From Burkholderiales bacterium (GTDB taxonomy: Bacteria > Pseudomonadota > Gammaproteobacteria > Burkholderiales > JALYOK01): a stretch of DNA of 64,000 nt. Below, in pieces: positions 47,039-55,224 of the stretch. A program made the position numbers and the translations under genes. The stretch spans positions 10,149 through 74,148 of the forward strand of contig JBKJHT010000055.1 of NCBI GenBank assembly GCA_046598945.1. The letters are read 5' to 3'. Under the pieces are notes generated by a model, which was not told the DNA's origin, made no database searches, and saw nothing but the letters and a program-made list of their open reading frames with translations. How positions within the stretch are numbered: the first letter of the stretch is position 1; the number at the start of each line of letters is the position of its first letter.

Positions 47039-49021
47039 TTACAACGCTTTTTTTAACTGCTCGAGAATTGCCGGATTTTCCAAAGTCGAAATGTCTTGCG
47101 TGATTTCCTCGCCCGTCGCAATCACGCGCAATAAGCGCCGCATGATTTTCCCCGAGCGCGTTTTCGGTAAATTGTCGCCGAAGCGAATGTCTTTCGGTTT
47201 GGCGATCGGGCCGATTTCCTTGCCGACCCAGTCGCGCAGTTCTTTCGCGATGCGCAGCGCCTCGTCGCCGGTTGGCCGCGGACCTTTGGTCACAACGAAA
47301 GCGACGATGGCCTCGCCGGTTAGATCGTCGGGACGACCGACCACTGCAGCCTCGGCGACGAGTTTGCTGTTCGCCACCAGCGCCGATTCGATTTCCATCG
47401 TGCCCATGCGATGGCCGGAGACGTTCAGCACATCGTCGATGCGGCCCATGATGGTGAAGTTGCCGGTATCTTTGTCGCGCACCGAGCCATCGCCGGCGAG
47501 ATACAGCTTGCCGCCGAGTTCGTCTGGGTAGTAGCTTTTCTTGAAGCGTTCGGGATCGCCCCAAATGGTGCGAATCATCGCCGGCCATGGCCGTTTCACC
47601 ACGAGAATACCGCCCTGCCCATTCGGCAAATCGTGCCCGGCCTCGTCGACAATCGCCGCCATGATGCCAGGCAGCGGCAAGGTGCAGGAACCCGGCACCA
47701 AGTGCGTCACACCGGGCAGCGGCGTGATCATGTGGCCACCGGTTTCGGTTTGCCAAAAGGTATCGACGATGGGGCAGCGTCCGCCGCCGATGTTTTCGTG
47801 ATACCACATCCAGGCTTCCGGATTGATCGGCTCGCCGACCGAGCCCAACAGCCGCAAACTGGACAAATCATAGTTGCGCGGATGCGCGCTGGGCGTGCCT
47901 TCCGAGGCTTTGATCAGGGAGCGGATCGCCGTCGGCGCGGTGTAAAAAATCGATACCTTATGCTTGTTAATGGTGTCCCAAAATCGGCCGGCGTTCGGAT
48001 AAGTTGGCACGCCTTCGAACACGATTTCCGTCGCGCCCACGGCGAGCGGGCCATAGGTAATGTACGTATGGCCTGTCACCCAACCGATGTCGGCGGTACA
48101 CCAAAATATGTCGCTCGGCTTGATGTCGAACGACCACTTCATGGTCAGCGCCGCCCACAGCAAATAGCCCGCCGACGAATGTTGTACGCCTTTGGGTTTG
48201 CCGGTCGAGCCAGAGGTGTAAAGAATGAACAGCGGATGTTCCGCATCGACCCATTCAGGCTCGCAGATTTCCGCTTTGCCGGCGACCAAATCGTGCATCC
48301 AGACATCGCGACCCGGAGCGAAGTTGACGTTACCGGCGGTACGTTTGTAGACAATGACGTTCTTAAGTACCTCGCAACCACCCAGCCCAAGCGCTTCGTC
48401 GACGATCGATTTCAACGGCAACGCCTTGCCGCCACGCATTTGTTCGTCGGCGGTGATCAACGCAACTGCGCCGGCGTCGATGACCCGTTCCTGCAAACTT
48501 TTCGCCGAAAAACCGCCGAACACCACCGAATGCGTCGCGCCGATGCGCGCGCAAGCTTGCATCGCGATTACACCTTCAATCGACATCGGCATGTAGATAA
48601 TGACGCGATCACCTTTCTGGATGCCAAGGGACTTCAGCCCATTCGCAAACTGGCAGACCTTGCCATACAGCGCCTTATAGGTAATTTTTGTGACCTTGCC
48701 GTCATCGGCCTCGAAAATAATCGCGACTTTTTCGGCATTGCCATTCTGCAAATTTACATCCAGGCAGTTGTAGGAAACATTCAACCGGCCATCGTGGAAC
48801 CAGCGATAAAACGGCGCGTTCGATTCGTCCAGCGTTTGCGTGAACGGCGTGTGCCATACGAGATTCTCCCGGGCAAGCCGCGCCCAAAATCCGGCGTAGT
48901 CGCGCTCCGCCTCGGCATTCAGTGCCTGAAAAGCGGCGCTGGAAATATTCGCTTGTTTCGCGAACGCCTCGGGTGGCGGAAATGAACGCTTCTCGTGTAC
49001 AACGGACTCTATGTTAGCCAT
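47039..49021 (-). CDS. acs: acetyl-CoA synthetase
   Basis: 660-aa ORF with AMP-binding motif [12 protein letters not shown] and the C-terminal [11 protein letters not shown]. Confidence 0.97.
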   Translation of the reverse strand: MANIESVVHEKRSFPPPEAFAKQANISSAAFQALNAEAERDYAGFWARLARENLVWHTPFTQTLDESNAPFYRWFHDGRLNVSYNCLDVNLQNGNAEKVAIIFEADDGKVTKITYKALYGKVCQFANGLKSLGIQKGDRVIIYMPMSIEGVIAMQACARIGATHSVVFGGFSAKSLQERVIDAGAVALITADEQMRGGKALPLKSIVDEALGLGGCEVLKNVIVYKRTAGNVNFAPGRDVWMHDLVAGKAEICEPEWVDAEHPLFILYTSGSTGKPKGVQHSSAGYLLWAALTMKWSFDIKPSDIFWCTADIGWVTGHTYITYGPLAVGATEIVFEGVPTYPNAGRFWDTINKHKVSIFYTAPTAIRSLIKASEGTPSAHPRNYDLSSLRLLGSVGEPINPEAWMWYHENIGGGRCPIVDTFWQTETGGHMITPLPGVTHLVPGSCTLPLPGIMAAIVDEAGHDLPNGQGGILVVKRPWPAMIRTIWGDPERFKKSYYPDELGGKLYLAGDGSVRDKDTGNFTIMGRIDDVLNVSGHRMGTMEIESALVANSKLVAEAAVVGRPDDLTGEAIVAFVVTKGPRPTGDEALRIAKELRDWVGKEIGPIAKPKDIRFGDNLPKTRSGKIMRRLLRVIATGEEITQDISTLENPAILEQLKKAL

Positions 49022-49227
49022 CTATTTTTCCCTGAGAAATGCGGTTGAATCGATTGGGGAATTATACCGTGGCCGGTCCGACCCGCGTTGCGCGGGAACG
49101 GTGATTTTTGTACTTAACGAATTTCCCCGGGCGATAGCTGCAGACCATTATGGATACTGGCTCTCCCGAAATGCACGGTGGAGCGCCGCTCTCCCATTGC
49201 ATCTCAGGGCATCGGATTGAGCGTTTG

Positions 49228-49256
49228 TTGATTATCAATGTCCCGTGGCATGATAG
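49228..49256 (+). promoter_or_regulatory. weak candidate sigma-70 promoter for the three-gene operon
   Basis: TTGATT-17 nt-TGATAG lies ~50 nt upstream of the ATG. A GGAGG SD sits at 49294-49298. The -10 match is poor. Confidence 0.25.
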
Positions 49257-49305
49257 AAGCTTGGGGGATCGTAGTTAGCCGCAAGAGCCTGGCAACGGAG
49301 GATGA

Positions 49306-51255
49306 ATGGCTTTTTTCACGTTTGTGGCGATGCCGTTTGGAATCAAACAGGGCATCGATTTCAATCGTGTGTTTCGCGAGTACATCGAACCGGCGCTGAC
49401 GGAGGCGCACTTTGAGGTATTTCGCGCCGATGAAGAGATGCGTGCGGGCAATATCCGCACCGATATGTTTCAGCAATTGCTGATTGCCGATCTGGTCGTA
49501 GTCGATCTCTCAATCGACAATCCCAATGTTTGGTACGAGTTGGGCGTCCGTCACGCGCTGCGTTCCCGCGGCGTGATTCAGATCATTACGCAGCGTGAGC
49601 AAATGCCGTTCGATGTGTATACCGATCGGGTGATTCGCTACCACACCAAGGATGGCGTGCCGGATGCGGAATTTTTGCCGCACGACAAAACCAAGCTGGC
49701 GCAATTCGCGATGGAGACCATGGCCTCATGGCACGGGCGCAAGGTGAGTCCGGTCTATCATTTGCTGAGCTACCTCAAAGAGCCTGATTGGAAGACCTTG
49801 CGTGTGGGTGAGGCGCAGGAATTTTGGGAACGCTACGAGCGCTGGGAAGAGCGCATCGAAATCGCGCGCGATAGGCGCCGTCCCGGCGACATCATGTTGC
49901 TTGCCGACGAGGCGCCAACGCAGGCCTTGCATTTAGACGCCCATCGCGCGGCGGGCAAGGCGTTGCTAAAAATGGGGCAGTTCGCCTTTGCCTTGCATCA
50001 GTATAAGGAAGCACTTGAGGTCGATGCGACGGATTTGGACAGCCAACAGCAATCGGCCATTTTGCTCGGTCGGACCGGCCGCAACCAAGACGCCCGGGTC
50101 AAGATCGATAACCTGGTCGAGAAGTTTCCGAATAATGCCGAATGTTGGTCGCTCAAAGGACGCATCGGCAAGGAATCCTGGATCGACACTTGGCGCAAGG
50201 CGAACGGCGCCACAGCGCACATGCGCGCAACGGCGACCGAAGAAGTCGATTGGCTGGAAGAATCCATCGATGCCTACAAGACCGGCTTCATCAAAGACCC
50301 GAGCAATTTCTACACCGGTATCAATGCCGTGGTGTTGTCTTATTTGCATGAACATCTAACCGCTTCGAGCGCTTCGACAAAAGACCGCAAGGCGATGGAA
50401 GGCGGGGTGCGCTGGGTGGCGCGCTGCGCGAAAGAACGCGATAGCGCCAGTTACTGGGCACGCGTGACGCTGGCCGATTTGGCGCTGATGAGCGCACCGA
50501 AAAAAGAAGTCGAGCGCGCCTATAAAGACGCCGTTGCGATCAGTAGCAACAATTGGTTTGCCCTCGATTCCACCTGGCAACAACTCATGGTGTTGCGTGA
50601 TTTGGCGTTTCGCCCCGAGGAAGTGGGCGTCGCGCTCGATGTGATCGAGCGTGAGATCAATCGATTAAAACCACCCTGGCAGCCGCGGTTGACCATTTTG
50701 TTCAGCGGCCATATGGTGGATAAGCCGGATCGCGAGAACCCGCGCTTTCCCGATAGCAAGTCTGGCCTGGTGAGCGGCGCGATTCTGAGCAAACTCAACG
50801 ATCTGGGCGCGACCGAGACGGATTTGGCGATCTGCAGTGCTGCCTGCGGTGGCGATTTATTGTTCGCGGAACTGTGTCTCGCCCGCGGCATGGCGGTGCA
50901 TCTGTATTTGGCAATGGACGAGCCGGAGTTTCTGGAACGATCCGTTAACTTCGCCGGCGAGGAATGGAAGAATCGCTATTTTCGTGTGAAGGATCATCCG
51001 AAATCGACACTATTTATCCTCACCGAGGAGCTTGGGCCGGGAGAGGCAAATGCCAATCCGTTTGCGCGCAACAATATGCGCATGCTCTACAATGCCTTAG
51101 CATTGGGCACCGACAAAATTCGCTTTATCGCACTGTGGGACGGCCAAAAGGCCGACGGGACGGGCGGCACCCAGCATATGATCGAGACGGTCAAGAAACA
51201 TCTGGGCCAGGTGTGGGTACTCGATACCCAGCAAATTTTTGCGAGGGCGCAATGA
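49306..51255 (+). CDS. three-domain protein: N-terminal Rossmann-like 'MPFG' domain, TPR-like helical region (DUF4071/TRAF-binding-like), C-terminal LOG/SLOG-like domain
   Basis: 649 aa. aa 1-125: FVAMPFG...IDFNRVF...EVFRADEE...LLIADLVVVDLS..NPNVWYELGVRHA. aa ~190-455: helical repeats (AGKALLKMGQFAFALHQYKEALEVD; NAECWSLKGRI; DPSNFYTGINAVVL). aa 461-640: ILFSGH, ICSAACGGDLLFAE, FIALWDGQKADGTGGTQHMIE (compare LOG PGGxGTxEE). SD GGAGG is present. Confidence 0.8.
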   Translation: MAFFTFVAMPFGIKQGIDFNRVFREYIEPALTEAHFEVFRADEEMRAGNIRTDMFQQLLIADLVVVDLSIDNPNVWYELGVRHALRSRGVIQIITQREQMPFDVYTDRVIRYHTKDGVPDAEFLPHDKTKLAQFAMETMASWHGRKVSPVYHLLSYLKEPDWKTLRVGEAQEFWERYERWEERIEIARDRRRPGDIMLLADEAPTQALHLDAHRAAGKALLKMGQFAFALHQYKEALEVDATDLDSQQQSAILLGRTGRNQDARVKIDNLVEKFPNNAECWSLKGRIGKESWIDTWRKANGATAHMRATATEEVDWLEESIDAYKTGFIKDPSNFYTGINAVVLSYLHEHLTASSASTKDRKAMEGGVRWVARCAKERDSASYWARVTLADLALMSAPKKEVERAYKDAVAISSNNWFALDSTWQQLMVLRDLAFRPEEVGVALDVIEREINRLKPPWQPRLTILFSGHMVDKPDRENPRFPDSKSGLVSGAILSKLNDLGATETDLAICSAACGGDLLFAELCLARGMAVHLYLAMDEPEFLERSVNFAGEEWKNRYFRVKDHPKSTLFILTEELGPGEANANPFARNNMRMLYNALALGTDKIRFIALWDGQKADGTGGTQHMIETVKKHLGQVWVLDTQQIFARAQ

Positions 51256-52382
51256 CATTCGAAGATAAATTATCGCGCACCGGTCCGAAGCGTCTATTGT
51301 CGCTGGACGGCGGTGGTATCCGTGGACTGATCAGCGTCGCGGTGTTGGCGGCGATCGAGTCGATGTTGCAGCGCCGATTCAAGCGCGGCGACGATTTCGT
51401 TCTGGCCGACTACTTCGACTATATCGCCGGCACCAGCACCGGCGGGATCATTGCCACCTGCTTGGCTTGGGGAATGCGCGTCGCGCAAGTACGCGAGTTT
51501 TATCAAACCAATGGCCAGACTATGTTCGACAAGGCGTCGATCCTGAAGCGCTTTCACTATAAGTACGACGACAAAGCCTTGGCGCAAAGACTACGCAAAG
51601 TATTCAGCGAAAATGGCGCGCCGAGTACACTTGGCTCGACACGCTTGCGAACCCTGTTGATGTTGGTGATGCGCAATAGCAGCACCGATTCGCCGTGGCC
51701 GCTATGCAACTATCCGGCGGCTAAATATAACGCTCGCGATCGCATCGATTGCAACCTCCGGTTGCCGCTATGGCAACTGGTGCGCGCGAGTACAGCGGCG
51801 CCAACTTATTTCCCACCCGAAGTAATTGATGTCGGCGAACACCGCTTCACGTTTGTCGATGGTGGCATCACGCCGTACAACAATCCGGCGTTACAGTTGT
51901 ATTTGATGGCGACAGTCCCGGAATACAAACTCGCGTGGCCGATTGGTGAGGAGAATTTATTGGTTGTGTCGATCGGAACGGGCATTAGCCCGGAGGCGAA
52001 CGAAAATCTCGTGCCAGGGGAAATGAACTTGCTTTACAACGCCGCCTCGCTGCCATCGGCGCTGATGTTCGGTGCGCTGTATCAACAGGATTTGCTCTGC
52101 CGCGTCCTGGGCAATTGTTTGCACGGCGATAAATTGGATCGCGAAATCGGCGATTTGCGCGGTACGCCAAGCCGGGCGGGAACAAGCAAACAATTCACCT
52201 ATGTTCGTTACAACGCCGAGTTGACCGAGGCGGGATTAGCCAAACTCGATTTAAAAGATATCGACGCGAAACACGTGCAGCAACTGGATTCCATTACATA
52301 CATGTCCGAGCTCACGCGCGTCGGTGAGGCGGTGGGGCGGCAAGTAAGCGAAGCGCATTTTCCGACGGTGTTCAACTGTTAA
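51252..52382 (+). CDS. patatin-like phospholipase
   Basis: 376 aa from an ATG that overlaps the upstream stop (ATGA). Oxyanion hole LSLDGGGIRG, nucleophile elbow IAGTSTGG and catalytic Asp FVDGGITPYNNPA are all intact. Confidence 0.9.
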   Translation: MTFEDKLSRTGPKRLLSLDGGGIRGLISVAVLAAIESMLQRRFKRGDDFVLADYFDYIAGTSTGGIIATCLAWGMRVAQVREFYQTNGQTMFDKASILKRFHYKYDDKALAQRLRKVFSENGAPSTLGSTRLRTLLMLVMRNSSTDSPWPLCNYPAAKYNARDRIDCNLRLPLWQLVRASTAAPTYFPPEVIDVGEHRFTFVDGGITPYNNPALQLYLMATVPEYKLAWPIGEENLLVVSIGTGISPEANENLVPGEMNLLYNAASLPSALMFGALYQQDLLCRVLGNCLHGDKLDREIGDLRGTPSRAGTSKQFTYVRYNAELTEAGLAKLDLKDIDAKHVQQLDSITYMSELTRVGEAVGRQVSEAHFPTVFNC

Positions 52383-52397
52383 TGAGGTAAGGATTTA

Positions 52398-53612
52398 ATG
52401 GCTGGCATCTTCATCAGTTATCGCGAGCGCGATTCAAAGGGGTGGGCGCTGAGCTTGCGCGACCGCTTGGTGGACGAGTTTGGCGAGGCGCGGGTGTTCC
52501 TCGACAAAGACACATTGAAGGCGGGGAAATGGAAAGATCAAATCGAGCAGGCTTTGGGTGATTGCAATATCGTTCTCGTGGTGATTGGGCGTGGCTGGCT
52601 GAATGCTCAAGACGATGAGGGTCGCCAACGGCTGATGTCGGAGGATGACGTGCATCGTCGCGAAATTGCGCTGGCCCTCGCTCGGCCTGACGTCACCGTC
52701 ATTCCAGTGGTGGTGGACGGCGCGACAATGCCGAAGCCCGACCAATTGCCGCAAGACATACGTGGTTTGATTCAGCAACAGTCCCGCGCGATAAGCGACA
52801 GCGCGGCACACCGTAGAGTGGATTTGGACGGACTCATGGCGGATATTCGGCGCGTCGGCCGTTTCGAGCCCAAGCCGGTATCGACGTCCACTCTTACGCC
52901 GACACCACCCTTGGCGCCGATCAAGAATAGTGGCAAAGTCATAGCGGCTCTGTGTTTACTCGCCTTGATCTTTTTTGCCGCAATCGCGGAAGAGGGCATG
53001 GATCACGATACTAAAGTGGCGGGTATTTTATTCGGCGCTATTGCGCTTTGGCTGGCGGTTAGCGGATTTAAGGACATCAACGCAGGCCTGGTGAAAGGGC
53101 GCGGGCGGGCCATTGCGGCAATGGGTTTGGGTGGTTTGGCGACGTTGGGAATGTTCGGCGCGTTGACCCTGACCGAACCGGCAGTTGCGCCGAACGCAGG
53201 TAGTCTGGGCCCCTCAGCGACGATAGTTGCGCCCCAACCCGCGCCATCGTATCAACCGCCGCCGATGCAAACCCCTACCGCACCACCTGCGCTGGCTCCG
53301 AGCGCCAAGCCGGCCAAACCGGCGAGTCGGCAAAAGTCCGCACCGGTTGAGCGGGTTCAAACAGTCAATTTTCAGGGCATTTGGCAGGACGAAAACGATG
53401 GGTCGATTTTCTACGCGATCCGTCAGGAAAATAACCTCGCCCGTTTGCAGGAATACAACGCGCTCGGCGTTCTATCGTTCGACGCTATCGGCAAACCCAC
53501 AGAAAATGAATTGATGATCGATCACCCGATGTTGATCGTCAATTTGGCCCTATCGGACAATGGTCAACGAATCAATGGAAGCGTGAAACAAAAGGCTAAC
53601 GGTTTCCAGTAA
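52398..53612 (+). CDS. TIR domain protein with three TM helices and a small extracytoplasmic C-terminal domain
   Basis: 404 aa. The TIR fold spans aa 1-140 (IFISYRERD..., NIVLVVIG, DDVHRREIALAL with the conserved Glu, VIPVVVDG). TM helices at aa 180-197, 207-224 and 237-258. A Pro/Ala-rich linker follows, then an ~85-aa beta-rich domain. An SD (GAGG/AAGGA) lies in the 15-nt gap after the patatin gene. Confidence 0.85.
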   Translation: MAGIFISYRERDSKGWALSLRDRLVDEFGEARVFLDKDTLKAGKWKDQIEQALGDCNIVLVVIGRGWLNAQDDEGRQRLMSEDDVHRREIALALARPDVTVIPVVVDGATMPKPDQLPQDIRGLIQQQSRAISDSAAHRRVDLDGLMADIRRVGRFEPKPVSTSTLTPTPPLAPIKNSGKVIAALCLLALIFFAAIAEEGMDHDTKVAGILFGAIALWLAVSGFKDINAGLVKGRGRAIAAMGLGGLATLGMFGALTLTEPAVAPNAGSLGPSATIVAPQPAPSYQPPPMQTPTAPPALAPSAKPAKPASRQKSAPVERVQTVNFQGIWQDENDGSIFYAIRQENNLARLQEYNALGVLSFDAIGKPTENELMIDHPMLIVNLALSDNGQRINGSVKQKANGFQ

Positions 53613-54054
53613 ACCCATATTGCTTAGAAAAGTGAACCTCGATTCCCTCGACTCTCAATTCGCCGAATTGTTGCGTCCGCTGGTTGAATAATGCCGTGTT
53701 TGTTGTGACGCAGATCGTCAGTCTTGCATCGCTGCGTTAATCTGGTAGCAGATCAGCCGATGACCGGCGCATCATTTTTCTTACGTGTTAATGGAAATAA
53801 CGTATATAATTTAAACAGTTAAACGGCAAAATGGCTGCCTCACCCATTCCCATTCAACGTCGGCTGATGGAAAAACCGACTCTGGCCCGTTAATTGCTTG
53901 GTAAAAGCATAAAACGCCCGCTTAACAAATTAGTTGCAAAACATTTTGGAAAATGTTATCACCAATGGATGACAATCGGCCTTCCATTGAAAAATGAGCA
54001 TTCACCAGTCAACCAAGACGCAATTAACCGCCCCCAAGTGTGAGGAATATAGCA

Positions 54055-55200
54055 ATGAGTTCCGCTAACCGTGGCGACCATTTAACTTCGCGAGAGCATA
54101 TGTCCATCCACGAGATTCGTTCCGCGTCGTCCTACCGAAGCACAGTGCTGGTGATCGATGACCAATCGACGGGGCGCGTCATTCTCGAAGAAATTGTTAG
54201 AGGCGTAGACCCGAGTATCCAAGTACAAACATTCGCCGATCCGTTAGCCGCGATTGAATGGGCAAAAACCCATCCCGTGGATTTGGTGCTTACCGACTAT
54301 AAAATGCCGCAATTGGATGGCGTCGAAACTATCCGTCGCATTCGCGGCATTTATTCATGCATGGACGTGCCGATTATCGTCGTTACCGTACTTGAGGATC
54401 GCGAGATTCGTTACAAGGCACTGGAAGCCGGCGCGACGGATTTTTTAACCAAGCCCGTCGATCAATATGAATGTCGGGCGCGTTGCCGCAATCTGCTCAC
54501 GATGCGGCGACAGCAGATCGTCATCAAGGATCGCGCGCGATTGTTGGAACAGCAGGTGACTGAGGCCGTGCGCGACATTCGACTGCGTGAAGTGGAAACG
54601 ATCTTCCGACTTGGTAAAGCGGGTGAGTTTAGGGATGAAGAAACCGGCAATCACATTATCCGTATGGCCAAGTATTCGCGCCTAATCGCCGAAGACTTCC
54701 GCCTGTCGGATGACGAATGCGACCTGATTGAGCTTGCGGCGCCAATGCACGACATCGGAAAGATAGGCATTCCCGATCATATTCTGTTGAAGCCTAGCGG
54801 TTTGGGCTCGGATGAAACGGCGAATATGCAGCGCCATCCGCGCATCGGCTTCGATATTCTTAAAGATAGCCCATCGAAGTATCTGCGCATGGGGGCAGTG
54901 ATCGCGCTAGGTCACCATGAAAAATTCAATGGCGAAGGTTATCCGAGCCGGTTGGTCGGCGAGGATATTCCACTCGCCGCGCGTATTGTTGCCGTCGCAG
55001 ACGTGTTCGATGCGCTTACTTCCGTTCGACCATACAAAGAGGCATGGAAAGTAAGTGAAGCGTTAGGCTATCTAACGCAGCAACGTGGCCAGCATTTCGA
55101 CCCAAGATGCATCGATTCCTTCATGCGCCAGTTAGATAAGGTGCTGGCTATCCGCGATAAATTTCAAGACGTTACGCGAAGTCAAGCAAAGCTCGTATAG
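54055..55200 (+). CDS. rpfG: two-component response regulator with HD-GYP c-di-GMP phosphodiesterase domain (RpfG-like)
   Basis: REC domain (VLVIDDQ...DLVLTDYKMPQLDG) plus HD-GYP (HDIGKIG, HHEKFNGEGYP). The ATG at 54055 has a GAGGA SD 7 nt upstream. Confidence 0.88.
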   Translation: MSSANRGDHLTSREHMSIHEIRSASSYRSTVLVIDDQSTGRVILEEIVRGVDPSIQVQTFADPLAAIEWAKTHPVDLVLTDYKMPQLDGVETIRRIRGIYSCMDVPIIVVTVLEDREIRYKALEAGATDFLTKPVDQYECRARCRNLLTMRRQQIVIKDRARLLEQQVTEAVRDIRLREVETIFRLGKAGEFRDEETGNHIIRMAKYSRLIAEDFRLSDDECDLIELAAPMHDIGKIGIPDHILLKPSGLGSDETANMQRHPRIGFDILKDSPSKYLRMGAVIALGHHEKFNGEGYPSRLVGEDIPLAARIVAVADVFDALTSVRPYKEAWKVSEALGYLTQQRGQHFDPRCIDSFMRQLDKVLAIRDKFQDVTRSQAKLV

Positions 55201-55224
55201 CGGTCGGCCCAACCCATAATAACC

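Noticed and set aside
46557-47807. 416-aa ORF on the - strand spanning the lptG/acs junction
   Set aside because: It is out of frame with both real genes and crosses their intergenic gap. It is extremely Arg-rich (RRRGRRG runs) and has no homology features.
47411-48985. 524-aa ORF on the + strand
   Set aside because: It is entirely antisense to the unambiguous acs gene. The translation is Arg/Gly/Ala-rich low-complexity with no motifs, which is the typical shadow ORF of a GC-rich gene.
50964-51251. Upstream extension of the patatin ORF (ORF track start 50964)
   Set aside because: The extension overlaps the 3' end of gene 1 out of frame and has no patatin similarity. The ATG at 51252 gives the canonical distance to the GGGxRG motif and an ATGA coupling junction.
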